Part shown: positions 18,616 to 28,981 of the stretch, piece after piece
Layout of the letters: each line of letters begins with the position of its first letter
Numbering within the stretch: the first letter of the stretch is position 1
Source of the DNA: an uncultured archaeon
GTDB taxonomy: Archaea; Aenigmatarchaeota; Aenigmatarchaeia; QMZP01; JACQNV01
Direction: 5' to 3'
DNA length: 64,000 nucleotides
NCBI GenBank assembly: GCA_964410585.1
Contig: CAYPFW010000001.1
Location: 416,001 to 480,000 of the forward strand
The notes under the pieces: generated by a model
The model's input: the letters and a program-made list of their open reading frames with translations, nothing else
The model's database searches: none
What the model was told of the DNA's origin: nothing
Position numbers and translations under genes: made by a program

Positions 18616-18709
18616 ATTCATAGATTTTGTTAATGACTTTTTGTATATACACTTCTCTTTTTAGAAGAAAGGGCTGATAAGCTTATAAAGTTTAGATTCA
18701 ACAAAAAAT

Positions 18710-19021
18710 ATGCCGGAAGAAATAAGGAGATTCCCAGCAAAACATAAACAGATATCAAAAATTGCTGAAAGTGACGTCAGAGTTAGCGTGTTAGGAACAA
18801 TTATAGATAAGCAAAATGATTTTATAATGATTGATGACGGGACTGGAAGAATAAAAATTTCTTTCCAGGATGTCAAATTTGATTTGAATCAATTAGTTAG
18901 GGTGTTTGGAAGAGTGATCCCAACACCAAGTGGATCTGAGCTTCAAGGCGAAGTCATACAAGACATGTCAAAGCTCGATTTAAGTTTGTTCAAAAAAATT
19001 CAACAGTTAGAGGGTGAGTAA
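18710..19021 (+). CDS. Small OB-fold protein, RPA small-subunit-like
   Basis: VSVLGTI, IDDGTG, VRVFGRV; adjacent to PCNA. Confidence 0.8.
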   Translation: MPEEIRRFPAKHKQISKIAESDVRVSVLGTIIDKQNDFIMIDDGTGRIKISFQDVKFDLNQLVRVFGRVIPTPSGSELQGEVIQDMSKLDLSLFKKIQQLEGE

Positions 19022-19042
19022 ACCTTTATAGAGGCAACTAAT

Positions 19043-19792
19043 ATGTTTTCACTAACCTTAGAAAATCCAGATGTTTTGAAAAACACAATGTCAATTGTTT
19101 CTGAGATGATAGACGAGGGTGTTTTGAAAATTGACTCAAATGGATTGAGCTTGCTTTCGCCTGATAGGAATGTAATTGTTGTTGTTGATTTTAAATTGCT
19201 TTCGACAGCTTTTTCAGACTTCCAATTGACACAACCAACAACAGTTGGGGTTAATTTTTCAAACCTTGTGAGCATTTTGAAAAGGACAAAATCAAATGAA
19301 AAAGTCACACTAAGATTGAAAGATAACAAGCTTGAAGTCATTGTCGAGGGTGGCGGAAAAAGAAAGTTTGATTTGCCTACTTTGGATTTGAAATCTGAAA
19401 ACCCTCCAATAGACCAGCTTGCTTTTACAGGAAGAGTTGATTTGGAATCAGGTGTCTTTGAGCAGGGTGTTGAAGATGCAGATGTTGTTTCTGATTCAAT
19501 GGTTTTTGAGCTGAACCAAGAAGTATTCAGACTTAGAGCTAAAGGCGATATATCTTCTGCTGAATTAGAACTAAAAAAAGGCGAGAACGGCATGCTAAAC
19601 TTAGAGGCCTCAGAAGCTATGAGGGCAAGGTATCCAATTGATTATTTGAAAAAGATTTCTAAAGCATGCAAATTGGCAAAACAAGTTTCTTTGGAATTTG
19701 GAAACAACTATCCTATTCGAATTTCATTCACACAAATGGACAAAGTGAATTTGAATTTTATTCTGGCACCTAGAATTGCAGACGAGGAATAG
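19043..19792 (+). CDS. pcn: DNA sliding clamp PCNA
   Basis: 249 aa; ARYPIDYLKK, C-terminal FILAPRI. Confidence 0.95.
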   Translation: MFSLTLENPDVLKNTMSIVSEMIDEGVLKIDSNGLSLLSPDRNVIVVVDFKLLSTAFSDFQLTQPTTVGVNFSNLVSILKRTKSNEKVTLRLKDNKLEVIVEGGGKRKFDLPTLDLKSENPPIDQLAFTGRVDLESGVFEQGVEDADVVSDSMVFELNQEVFRLRAKGDISSAELELKKGENGMLNLEASEAMRARYPIDYLKKISKACKLAKQVSLEFGNNYPIRISFTQMDKVNLNFILAPRIADEE

Positions 19793-19824
19793 AACTAATT
19801 TTAACCTACTAAACAATTATATCG

Positions 19825-20646
19825 ATGAACAAACTTCTTTTTGGAACAGCTGGGATTCCCTTGTCAACAGAACCAAGGAATACAATTGAAGGAATTAAAC
19901 AAGTGAAAAAACTTGGTCTTAGTGCAATGGAATTGGAGTTTGTCCAGTCTGTGAACATTACTGAAGAAAAGGCTCCTGAGGTTAGAAAAACAGCACAGCA
20001 AAATGATATTGTCCTCACAGCTCACGGACAGTATTATATCAATTTGAATTCTCAAGAAAGAGAAAAAATAGAAGCAAGCAAACAAAGGGTTTTGAAAGCT
20101 GCGCGGATTTTGGATGCTTGTGGTGGTTGGTCTCTGTGCTTCCATGCTGCATACTACATGGGAGATGAAATAGGTGCATATTACAATGTTAAACAATCAC
20201 TGAAAGAAATTGTAAAAACTCTCAAAAACGAGGGGAACAGGGTTTGGATAAGACCAGAAACAGGCGGACGGCTTAGCCAATTTGGCTCTTTGGATGAGCT
20301 GATAAAAGTTTCACAGGAAGTTGAGCAAGTGCTTCCTTGCATTGATTGGGCACACCACTATTCAAGGTCTTTGGGCGAAATAAATACATATGAAGGCTAT
20401 TCGAAAATTTTGGAGGAGATAGAAAAAGGTTTAGGAAAAGATGCTTTGCAAAACATGCACTGTCATTCCGAAGGAATTGAATTTACAGATAAGGGTGAGA
20501 AAAACCACTTAGCATTTGCTGATTCTAAAATCAACTACAAAGATTTGGTAAAAGTTTGGAAAGATTTCAAAATAAAAGGCGTTATTATTTGCGAAAGTCC
20601 TATAATTGAAAAAGATGCATTGTTGTTAAAAAAAGAGTATGGCTAG
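19825..20646 (+). CDS. Endonuclease IV-like TIM-barrel nuclease
   Basis: FGTAG, H..YYINL, FHAAY, PETGG, DWAH, HCH, ICESP. Confidence 0.9.
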   Translation: MNKLLFGTAGIPLSTEPRNTIEGIKQVKKLGLSAMELEFVQSVNITEEKAPEVRKTAQQNDIVLTAHGQYYINLNSQEREKIEASKQRVLKAARILDACGGWSLCFHAAYYMGDEIGAYYNVKQSLKEIVKTLKNEGNRVWIRPETGGRLSQFGSLDELIKVSQEVEQVLPCIDWAHHYSRSLGEINTYEGYSKILEEIEKGLGKDALQNMHCHSEGIEFTDKGEKNHLAFADSKINYKDLVKVWKDFKIKGVIICESPIIEKDALLLKKEYG

Positions 20647-20699
20647 CTTTTTCTTTCAGAAAGCAAAAGGCTACCGTACCCAAAAAGAAACGGTATACA
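20643..20699 (+). repeat. Family B repeat, copy 3
   Basis: CTAGCTTTTTCTTTCAGAAAGCAAAAGGCTACCGTACCCAAAAAGAAACGGTATACA; overlaps the upstream TAG stop. Confidence 0.85.
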
Positions 20700-20702
20700 A
20701 AT

Positions 20703-21311
20703 ATGACAAATTTAAAGGAAATAGAACATGAGTGGGAAGTTGAATACAAAAATGCAGACATAGAAAACATACCTCTAGTTTTCTTGAAACCGCCTAGCCA
20801 TTTGGTGAAGTTGGTTGAACAAAACAAAATTAAAAAAGGAAAGGTCTTAGATGTTGGCTGCGGTCTAGGGGTTTCTGATTTTTATCTGGCTGCGAAGGGA
20901 TTTGATGTTGTTGGGTTGGATATTTCTAAAACAGCCGTTGAGTATGCGAAGAAAAAAGCAGCGCAGATGAAGGTGAAATGTGAATTTATTCAGGGTGCTG
21001 CACAAGACCTGAAGTTCGCAGACAAAACATTTACTTTTGTTTATGATAGAGGCTGCCTACATCACATAGAGCCAGAAGATAGGGAAAAATACATAGAAGG
21101 GATACATAGGGTTTTGGAGGATAAAGGAAAATATTATTTGGAGTGCTACAATGAAAAAAATCAACAAGAAGTTTTTGCGTCTAAATTTTCCAAACAAGAC
21201 CTGGAAAAATATTTTTCTAAATTCAACATTGAATACATAGAAGAAGTAGAAAATATTGGAGTAGATGGAGAAAAGGTGTTCCTGTATGCTGTTTTTATGG
21301 AGAAGATATGA
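20703..21311 (+). CDS. Class I SAM-dependent methyltransferase (TPMT/TehB-like)
   Basis: VLDVGCGLG, GLDIS, YDRGCLHH. Confidence 0.9.
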   Translation: MTNLKEIEHEWEVEYKNADIENIPLVFLKPPSHLVKLVEQNKIKKGKVLDVGCGLGVSDFYLAAKGFDVVGLDISKTAVEYAKKKAAQMKVKCEFIQGAAQDLKFADKTFTFVYDRGCLHHIEPEDREKYIEGIHRVLEDKGKYYLECYNEKNQQEVFASKFSKQDLEKYFSKFNIEYIEEVENIGVDGEKVFLYAVFMEKI

Positions 21312-21457
21312 AATTTACTGTTCAAAAAATATATGATAAAGGGTCGAGAAAAATAAATGAAGATGAGATGTTGATTAAGGATAATTTATTTGCTGTTTTT
21401 GACGGTGCAACTAGCCTTGTTCCCTATACAAATTTAAAATATAAAACTTACAACTAA
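21308..21457 (+). pseudogene. Truncated PP2C-family phosphatase N-terminal fragment (49 aa)
   Basis: MKFTVQKIYDKGSRKINEDEMLIKDNLFAVFDGATSL... carries PP2C motifs NED and AVFDG, then stops. Confidence 0.6.
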
Positions 21458-21466
21458 CTTGTTTTA

Positions 21467-22072
21467 ATGGCAAGCTCTACAGAAAAATGTGAACCTAGAA
21501 AATATAATTTTCATGAAACGAGGAGACTTTTAGATATTCCAAGTAAAGATGTTTATTGCTTTGCTATAGACAATGACATTAGAAGATATCCACATGGGTG
21601 CTTTGATGCGGATGACGTTGACAAAGTTGTTGCTAAGAGAAAGGCAATTCAAAACTCTTCTCTCGGACCACGATTATCACAGTCTATAATCGAAGCTGTA
21701 AAATCCCATTTTCAGGAGCCTCTATTAGAGCGACAAAGCAGAACATATGTCCTCGATCTAAATTCCTTTCGATACATACTATCAAGAGAAGGGAATAAGT
21801 TAAACTATAATGGATCCAATTTTCCAGAAGAATACTTATCAAAAGAAGATGTAGAGATTGGATTTGGATATCCTTATCAGGATGTTATGGGAATTTTAAT
21901 GGAAGAGGGTTTGGAAGTTACGGAACAGGGAGTAAACAAAAGGCATATGAAAGAATTTATAGATAAAAGAATACAACAATTAAACCCAGATGTTGCCGAA
22001 AGGCTTAGAATCAGTTTAAAATATAAGGAAGGTAAACTTCCCGGACTAATAATCGACAGACAAGAGTTCTAA
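21467..22072 (+). CDS. Hypothetical protein
   Basis: 201-aa ORF, no recognisable motif. Confidence 0.6.
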   Translation: MASSTEKCEPRKYNFHETRRLLDIPSKDVYCFAIDNDIRRYPHGCFDADDVDKVVAKRKAIQNSSLGPRLSQSIIEAVKSHFQEPLLERQSRTYVLDLNSFRYILSREGNKLNYNGSNFPEEYLSKEDVEIGFGYPYQDVMGILMEEGLEVTEQGVNKRHMKEFIDKRIQQLNPDVAERLRISLKYKEGKLPGLIIDRQEF

Positions 22073-23283
22073 GCAAACAACAACTTCAAATAAAACAGAG
22101 GGTTTGCAAGCTTTTTTCTTTGTTCTTTGTTGTCCAACATGCTTGCCAAAGTTTGTTGGATCTGTTTGCTCTTTGCTGCTTTTGAGATGACTAAGTTTGT
22201 CAAGAATTTTCTTTTTCCCATTTTCTGCAGTTTGTAGGATGTTGCTAATTTAGGTCCTAAAACAGACCAGACTTCATCTTCATATCCCTTGAAAAATGAT
22301 TCTGAAAAATTGTTTTCTTTTATTGCTTTGTCAACCCACTCAGATGCTATTTGGCCAGATGTCATTGCATTTGCTATGCCTTCACCTGTAAATGGATCTA
22401 TTAAACCAGCAGCATCGCCAATTAGAACAAAACCATTTCCATGGGCCTTCCTTCTTTTGGATCCAACAGGAAGTGTCCAGCCTTTTATTGAGCCCTCTTC
22501 TAAAACAGAGCCAGCAAACCTTTCTTTGAAAAGCGGGTTTTTCTCAATTATTTCAAACATTTTGTCTTTCATGTTGAAGCCTGCTTTATTGTAATCTGTG
22601 TTGACCATCCCAATTCCAACGTTTGCATATCCTGGTTCTAGTGGGAAGATCCAAAAATATCCTGGGATTATCTCATTCACAAAATGAAGCTCGATTGCTG
22701 GTTTGACGTCCTTGACGCCTTTGTAATAGCATCTTATTGATGTGATTGTGTGATCTGAATCTAAATCTAAAAGATTTGTTTTTTTGGCAACAATTGAATG
22801 TGCACCATCTGCACCGACAACAACTTTGGCTTTAAGCTCTTTTTCTTCTCCTGTTTTTGTGTCTTTTCCTTTCACACCAACGACCCTAGAACCATCGAAA
22901 ACCAAATCATGAACGCTGAAGTTTTCCAATATGTGGGCGCCTTCTGATTTTGCTTTTTCAAAAACTAGGTTGTCGTAAACAAACCTTCTACACACATAAC
23001 CTGTGCCTGAAAATGGGATTTCTAATGGAATTCCTTTTGGTGATGAGAAAATAACTGAGTGAACTTCAGAATGAGGACCCTTTACAACTTTTTCTGTTAA
23101 TTTTAGCTGTTCTTGTACCTTTAGAGAACCTGAGATAGCATCGCCGCACGTCTTGTCCCTTGGGAATTTTTGCTTGTCGATTAGCAGGGTCTTGTAGCCT
23201 TTTCTAGCTAAATAAGCTGCACAAACAGAGCCTCCTGGGCCTGCGCCAACAACTATTACATCATATTCATGCGATTCTTTCAT
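22069..23283 (-). CDS. Geranylgeranyl reductase family flavoprotein
   Basis: [44 protein letters not shown]. Confidence 0.92.
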   Translation of the reverse strand: MKESHEYDVIVVGAGPGGSVCAAYLARKGYKTLLIDKQKFPRDKTCGDAISGSLKVQEQLKLTEKVVKGPHSEVHSVIFSSPKGIPLEIPFSGTGYVCRRFVYDNLVFEKAKSEGAHILENFSVHDLVFDGSRVVGVKGKDTKTGEEKELKAKVVVGADGAHSIVAKKTNLLDLDSDHTITSIRCYYKGVKDVKPAIELHFVNEIIPGYFWIFPLEPGYANVGIGMVNTDYNKAGFNMKDKMFEIIEKNPLFKERFAGSVLEEGSIKGWTLPVGSKRRKAHGNGFVLIGDAAGLIDPFTGEGIANAMTSGQIASEWVDKAIKENNFSESFFKGYEDEVWSVLGPKLATSYKLQKMGKRKFLTNLVISKAAKSKQIQQTLASMLDNKEQRKKLANPLFYLKLLFA

Positions 23284-23418
23284 AGTGCCTCGTAGATAAT
23301 TTGGATAATTTAGATTTGTAGTATTTATAGCTTTTTGCTTTCCATAACAGCCATATGGAAAGGGAAAAAGTTTTTATTTCTTGGCATACATAGTAATTTT
23401 AGCTCTATATGGTAAACT

Positions 23419-25077
23419 ATGGCACGGTTTGTATTGCTTTCAGACACAACACTCTTAAGAGAATATCATAAGTTCCCTTTGTTAGATTTCTTGCCATGCT
23501 CGCCAACAACACTTGTTCCCAAGTTTGTGTATAATTATTTGAAAAGCAAACCGCCACAATCTTCTCCAGATGGCAGGGCTGTGTTGTCGCCTTATGCTGT
23601 TAGAAAAATAGAGGCTGCGCTTTTGCAAAGGTTCACAAAAGAACAGGTTGTTGTGCCAGCAGAAGATAGGATTGAAAGTTTCATAGACGCTGACACTGAA
23701 ATTATTTCTATCTACACAATGGATCCTCTTGGACTTGGACCTTTGACAATGTCGTATGCTGTTTTGTTTGGGAGTTTGTCGCCTTATGTGAAATATGAGT
23801 TTGAGATGTTGATGCAAAGAGTGAACAAAGCAAGGACTGGAAAGAAAGCAAAGGTTATTGTTGGTGGACCTGGTGTATGGGAATTTAGTTTAAGGCCCGA
23901 TGAGGCTGAAAGATTGGGAATAGATTATTTGTTCATGGGCGAGGCAGATGATGTTGTCTGCGACCTTTTTGAGGATATAGCAACAGGAAGCATGAGCACA
24001 GACACTTTTTTCAAAGGGTTTTATACATACGATGATTATTTTGCCAAAACATATGTTAAGCATTCAAAATTCATAACAAGGTCGCAATACTCAAAAAGAT
24101 TGTATCCAAAACTCGAAGATATACCTTTGATCCAAGGGCCGACTATAAAAAGTTTGACAGAAGTTATGAGGGGGTGTGGAGTTGGGTGCGATTTTTGCGA
24201 GGTTACTTTGAGGCCTTCTAGATATTATTCTTATGAAAGCATAGAACACGAGATAAAAATAAACCAACAGGCAGGGCACACACATGCATGGCTGCACAGC
24301 GATGAGATTTTTATTTATCAGAGCAAGGGGAGGCTAGAACCAAATCAAGAAGCTATAATTGAATTGTTTAAAAGAGTGATGAGTATACCAGGAATAAAAA
24401 CATGCAGCCCGACACATGGAAGGATTTCTATACCAGCTGGATATCCTGAAATGATGGAAGAGCTTTCTAAGTTCTCAAAAGCAGGACCAGATAATTGGGT
24501 CGGCATGCAAGTTGGGATTGAGACAGGAAGCGAGGAGCTTGCCAAAAAACATATGCCTGCTAAGACTCTTCCTTTGAGGATTGGTGTAGATGGATCTTGG
24601 CATGAAATTATTTTGAATGGAACGAAAACTTTGACAAAAAATTATTGGAGACCTGCATTCACTGTGCAAGTTGGACAAACAGATGAAACAGATGAAGATA
24701 ATTGGGAAACTGTTAGGTTGGTGAACACTTTGAGCAATTCATATTCAGATGGTAGGCCTTTAGAATTCACAATAACACCAATGCAGAACGTGCCGCTTGG
24801 AAGAATAAGAAGCAAGGATTTCAATCCAGGCGAAATAGATCTCACAGCTTCCCAGCTTGCCGTTTACTATGCTTGCTACAGACACTTGGTTAAAATAGCT
24901 ACGCGGTCAACTGGTTCTACGTATAAAAGAGGATTGGCAAATAAATTGGCTTTTTCAACTATTCTTCCAATGGGATCGAAGTTTTTGATGGGAAACATAG
25001 AAAAGATTTGCAGGAAGAAGGGGCTTGATATTGAAAAGGTTAAAAAATATGGGTTGCCGATGAAAATTGGGCACTAA
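23419..25077 (+). CDS. Radical SAM protein with B12-binding-like N-domain, GDGT-modifying Grs/Gms-like
   Basis: PYAVRKIEAAL, MDPLGLGP, VGGPG, RGCGVGCDFC, GIETGS; family assignment by recalled resemblance only. Confidence 0.7.
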   Translation: MARFVLLSDTTLLREYHKFPLLDFLPCSPTTLVPKFVYNYLKSKPPQSSPDGRAVLSPYAVRKIEAALLQRFTKEQVVVPAEDRIESFIDADTEIISIYTMDPLGLGPLTMSYAVLFGSLSPYVKYEFEMLMQRVNKARTGKKAKVIVGGPGVWEFSLRPDEAERLGIDYLFMGEADDVVCDLFEDIATGSMSTDTFFKGFYTYDDYFAKTYVKHSKFITRSQYSKRLYPKLEDIPLIQGPTIKSLTEVMRGCGVGCDFCEVTLRPSRYYSYESIEHEIKINQQAGHTHAWLHSDEIFIYQSKGRLEPNQEAIIELFKRVMSIPGIKTCSPTHGRISIPAGYPEMMEELSKFSKAGPDNWVGMQVGIETGSEELAKKHMPAKTLPLRIGVDGSWHEIILNGTKTLTKNYWRPAFTVQVGQTDETDEDNWETVRLVNTLSNSYSDGRPLEFTITPMQNVPLGRIRSKDFNPGEIDLTASQLAVYYACYRHLVKIATRSTGSTYKRGLANKLAFSTILPMGSKFLMGNIEKICRKKGLDIEKVKKYGLPMKIGH

Positions 25078-25604
25078 GACGTTAGAGCGGCCATTACAGA
25101 GAAATGTTCTTGTTCTGGGGTAAGAAGATCACTGTGCAAGATACTATGATAAATGTCTGGATGCCTATAATCTGTTTTTGGTCCCCAAATTTTTCTTCCA
25201 AACCCAAGCTCGTCTTCTTCTCTTTGTTTTAGAATTTGCCGGATTTCATCATCTGATTTTCCTAAATATGCTTTTCGAGCTCGCTGAATCCTGATTTCCA
25301 AATCAGCTTCTACATAAACTCTATAGGTTTGAGGCCCCAAAAAATGTGCGAATCGTGTATCTACAATTATGCCTCCCCTAGAAGCTCTTTCTCCAAGCTG
25401 TTGATTTAGTTGTCTCAAGCGATCTACATCCTGAAGTCTGTACCAATCTTCAAACAATAGACGTGCTCCTTCTTCAGCATGAATCTGCCTCAAAAATCCA
25501 CCAAATGAATAGGATTCCCATCCAAGTGCCTTTGTTAGAGAATTGTTTAGAATTGTTTTTCCAGATTTTGGTGGACCTGAAATTGAAACAGACGTGTATA
25601 CCAT
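25074..25604 (-). CDS. Cytidylate kinase-like P-loop kinase (second paralog)
   Basis: ISGPPKSGKT, R..DE, Y....IY; likely start MVYTS. Confidence 0.78.
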   Translation of the reverse strand: MVYTSVSISGPPKSGKTILNNSLTKALGWESYSFGGFLRQIHAEEGARLLFEDWYRLQDVDRLRQLNQQLGERASRGGIIVDTRFAHFLGPQTYRVYVEADLEIRIQRARKAYLGKSDDEIRQILKQREEDELGFGRKIWGPKTDYRHPDIYHSILHSDLLTPEQEHFSVMAALTS

Positions 25605-25692
25605 CAGATGATATTGAAGCCAAGTTTTAAATTCTGATGTTTTTGTCGAAGGTATATTAAGGTCTGAGACCATAGTATAATTAGGGTTATGA

Positions 25693-25774
25693 GTGGAAGG
25701 CGTTTAAAAATTTCTGAGTCGCAACGAAGAAATTTTAGCCTCCTGTTTTGATTAACCTTTTGGGACAAAAGGTT
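25693..25774 (+). repeat. Family A repeat, copy 4
   Basis: GTGGAAGGCGTTTAAAAATTTCT-GA-GTCGCAAC-GA-AGAAATTTTAGCCTCCTGTTTTGATTAACCTTTTGGGACAAAAGGTT then ATG. Confidence 0.92.
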
Positions 25775-26182
25775 ATGCGAGCAAAAATATTCACACTTGA
25801 AGAAGCAAACAACACAATACCAGAGCTTTCTAAGGTTTTTGATAAAATTTCTTATGTTAGAACAAAGATCCAATTGATAAAAGAAGCTTTGGATTTTGCA
25901 GGACAAACAAAAGAATACCATGAGAACCCTGACAAAATGATAGAAAGGATGGGCACTTTTACAGAAGAATTAAAAAACCTTGTTGCAGAAGTGCATAGCT
26001 ATGGTTGCTTGGTTAAGGACCTGGATAAATTTTTAGTTGATTTTTATTCTGTAAAAGAAAACAAGCTGATTTTCCTTTGTTGGAAATATGGAGAAAAGGA
26101 AATCAAATTCTGGCATGAAACACAAACAGGATTCAAAGGAAGGTTACCTTTGCTGGTAAAAGAAGAAGTTCAGAAGAATTAA
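25775..26182 (+). CDS. DUF2203 family protein
   Basis: FTLEEAN..IP, G.LVKD....LVDF, LCWKYGE..I.FWH...GF.GR.P. Confidence 0.9.
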   Translation: MRAKIFTLEEANNTIPELSKVFDKISYVRTKIQLIKEALDFAGQTKEYHENPDKMIERMGTFTEELKNLVAEVHSYGCLVKDLDKFLVDFYSVKENKLIFLCWKYGEKEIKFWHETQTGFKGRLPLLVKEEVQKN

Positions 26183-26196
26183 TTATTGTAAGCTAA

Positions 26197-26808
26197 TCAA
26201 CTAAAACTCTTCCCACAACCACATCCTCCATGTGAGTTTGGGTTGCTGATTTTAAAACCAGAACCTTTCAAAGACTCCACATAATCAATGTTTGTGCCGC
26301 CGACCTTTTCCATGCTTTGGGGGGAGACTGCGATTTTGACTTTGTGTTGTTCAAAAACTATGTCGTTTTTTTCTATTGTGTCTATGAATTCTAATTGGTA
26401 TGTGAAGCCAGAACAGCCGCCTGGAAGCACACCGAACCGAAGGTAGGCATTTGATTTACCAGATGTTTTCATCAGCTCCAAAACTTTTTTAGCTGCAAAC
26501 TCTGTGAGTTGGATTTCTTTCGAAGTTGCCCGCGATAACATCGCGGCTTCCGTTGAATGACTTTCGTGGTCTTCTACATCTTCTTTTTTGTTGGCTAGGA
26601 ATTCGTTTGCTTCTTTTAGCATTGATTCTATTTCTTCGTCTGACATTCCATGGCCGCGAGCGCCGACACCAACTGCTTCCATTGTATTGACACTGCAACC
26701 GATACAAGAAAGCCCATATTTGCCGAAAATTTCAGCTACTTCTGGCCATTTTGTGATTACATCACCGACTGTCATGTCTTCTGTTATCAAAGCTTGATGT
26801 TTTTGCAT
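26197..26808 (-). CDS. DUF1858-like domain fused to HesB/IscA/ErpA Fe-S carrier
   Basis: N-terminal GLSCIGC; GGCSGFTY and C-terminal CGCGKSF. Confidence 0.92.
   Translation of the reverse strand: MQKHQALITEDMTVGDVITKWPEVAEIFGKYGLSCIGCSVNTMEAVGVGARGHGMSDEEIESMLKEANEFLANKKEDVEDHESHSTEAAMLSRATSKEIQLTEFAAKKVLELMKTSGKSNAYLRFGVLPGGCSGFTYQLEFIDTIEKNDIVFEQHKVKIAVSPQSMEKVGGTNIDYVESLKGSGFKISNPNSHGGCGCGKSFS
26530..26546. repeat. 17-bp palindrome CCGCGATAACATCGCGG inside the IscA inter-domain linker
   Basis: Identical 17-mer at 55452-55468 with similar flanks. Confidence 0.75.
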
Positions 26809-26872
26809 ACCTTAGTCTTTCATCTATAATTTATAAAACTAATACAGGGTCAAAAGACCCAAATAAGTAGAT

Positions 26873-28891
26873 TTACTTTCCACCACTGCAGCCACAACCA
26901 CCATGTGAATCTTCAGCTTCTTCAGCCATGCCACCACCGCAGCACCCACCGCTTGGGGCTTTTCGTGGTTGGCTTACGCCGAATTTGGATGCGCCGCCTG
27001 TAAGCAAAGAAGTGATTGCAATCAAATCGTCTTTAGCTTGAGTATGGTTTGAGTGTCCACCTGCTCTTACTTTATCTTCATGATCCATTTCAGCATAACT
27101 CCAATCTGGCTCGATTTGTGGCTTTGTCAAAGTTTTCCTGCATTTGTTGTAGTTTGCGACAATTGTTTTCATTTCTTCTGGTGTGAATTTTCTGTGGTGT
27201 TTGTCTTGTTGCAAGCTTTTTCCTGTTTGTTGCTCCCATTGAGCTGCTGGAATACTGAACTTTCTTTGGATTTTGTCCCTATACATTTCTGGGATGACAT
27301 TGAATGTACAGAAAGGAACTATTTTTCCATCAGGTGTTGCGTAGTGGATGTCGCATTTGTGGATACGATCCAAGTCCCAGTTGTATGGATCTTGGAAGTG
27401 CATCATTCCGATGAACAAGCTGTTGTTGTGGAAGTCTGCTAGACCATGGTAGTTTCCTCCACCAACTGCACCTGACAAGATTTTTGTGAATTTTAAGTTC
27501 TTTGGCTTTTCTTTTTTGTCGACAAAGGAATTCAATTTCAACATTAGTTTAGATAAGACCCAATATTTTGTGATGCTTCTGTGACTTGAAGAATTCAATT
27601 CTTTTGTCAGCTCACCTAGATAATCGAAGAAGCCCTCTATGTCGAAGAATTTTGAAATTGGAACTAATTTGTTTTTATCAGTGTCTTTGAAAACATATGT
27701 TGCCATGCCGCATGCGAAGTGGATAGATAACCTATATTTTGGTTCTTGTTTGACTGCTTCAACGAAATCTGTTATCTGTTTTGCGCATGGAACTGGGAAC
27801 CAGTGTTCTCTTGCTATGTCACCGTCTGTTTGGGCCTCTATTCTTTTGATTGCACCTGGGATTGTTATTCTCTGCCTCATCCTTAGTTTTTCAGGCATTC
27901 TTCCGACAAGGGATACTGGCTGGAAATTGACTGAACGGACAACATGAATGTTTTGTTCACCAAAACGGATGATGTCGCCTAACTCATGATCATTGACTCC
28001 ACCAATAACTGTTGGAACCAAGACAACTCCTATACCTGCCTTATAACAGTTTTCCAAAGCGCCCTGTGCTTCCCAATAATTTTTTGGATCTGTTTGAGGT
28101 GTCATTCCATCAAACGACATGTAAAGGTTTGAGACACCAGCTGCTTTTAGCCTTGTGGCAAGTGTTGGATCGTGGCAGAGCCTGATACCGTTTGTGTTTA
28201 ATTGAACGTGACTGTAGCCGATTTCTTTTGCAGCTTGAACTATTTCTGGCAAGTCTTCTCTTAGAGTTGGCTCTCCGCCTGTGAATTGAACTGAGTTGCA
28301 GCCTACTGGCTTTTCATCTCTCATTCTCTGAAGCATGAACCTAATTTGTTTGACTGTTGGTTCGTAGATTGGCTCGCCTTCCTTTGCATAAAAGAAACAA
28401 TACCAACAAGTTAGGTCGCATCTGTTTGTAATAACTATATTTCCTAAACCCGTGTGAGATTCGTGCTCAACACAAAGACCACAGTCTGATGGACAGTCGA
28501 TTTGGAATTGGTCTTTGTCGATGTTAGGATTTAGAATTTTGATTCCTGGATCTTGGAATTTTTCAGCTTTCTTGTACATTTCATAATCGTCCCAGTAAAG
28601 CTCTTTTGTGATGCTGTGCTCTTGACATTCTTTCATTTGCCAGACTTTGTTTGATTTGACATAAACAACAGAATTAATTTTCATGTTCTCGAATTTTTCT
28701 TCGTCAACACAACCTGGGCATAAACTTTGTGTGAATTTTAGAACTTGGACATTTTCCCTGCCTTCTCTATCAATAAGAAGTTTTAGGAGGCTTTCCTTTG
28801 CTTCTGGAGAATAGTTTTTAACATAAGGTGTGACTGCTATTTGATTGACTTCTGTGACTGACTTAGCTTCTGTAAAAATTGTGTTGCCCAT
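26873..28891 (-). CDS. tes: Tetraether lipid synthase (Tes/GDGT-MAS, MJ0619-like) radical SAM enzyme
   Basis: SLCPGC...CQEH, CPSDCGLC..H, TNRCDLTCWYCF, QPVSLVGR, HFACG, MHFQDPYN.D..R...CDIHY..PDG..VPFC; GGAGGT SD before MGNT. Confidence 0.85.
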   Translation of the reverse strand: MGNTIFTEAKSVTEVNQIAVTPYVKNYSPEAKESLLKLLIDREGRENVQVLKFTQSLCPGCVDEEKFENMKINSVVYVKSNKVWQMKECQEHSITKELYWDDYEMYKKAEKFQDPGIKILNPNIDKDQFQIDCPSDCGLCVEHESHTGLGNIVITNRCDLTCWYCFFYAKEGEPIYEPTVKQIRFMLQRMRDEKPVGCNSVQFTGGEPTLREDLPEIVQAAKEIGYSHVQLNTNGIRLCHDPTLATRLKAAGVSNLYMSFDGMTPQTDPKNYWEAQGALENCYKAGIGVVLVPTVIGGVNDHELGDIIRFGEQNIHVVRSVNFQPVSLVGRMPEKLRMRQRITIPGAIKRIEAQTDGDIAREHWFPVPCAKQITDFVEAVKQEPKYRLSIHFACGMATYVFKDTDKNKLVPISKFFDIEGFFDYLGELTKELNSSSHRSITKYWVLSKLMLKLNSFVDKKEKPKNLKFTKILSGAVGGGNYHGLADFHNNSLFIGMMHFQDPYNWDLDRIHKCDIHYATPDGKIVPFCTFNVIPEMYRDKIQRKFSIPAAQWEQQTGKSLQQDKHHRKFTPEEMKTIVANYNKCRKTLTKPQIEPDWSYAEMDHEDKVRAGGHSNHTQAKDDLIAITSLLTGGASKFGVSQPRKAPSGGCCGGGMAEEAEDSHGGCGCSGGK

Positions 28892-28981
28892 ATTTACCTC
28901 CAAGATTTAGAACTTTTAATAAGTATTAAAACTTGATTATAGTTTGTTTAGTAGTATATATAAAGGTATCTGTTGAAGAAG

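Noticed and set aside
25748-25774. Identical N-terminal peptide MINLLGQKV on DUF2203 and eIF2a ORFs
   Set aside because: Artefact of ORF calling from a TTG inside repeat family A; real starts are 25775 and 37101.
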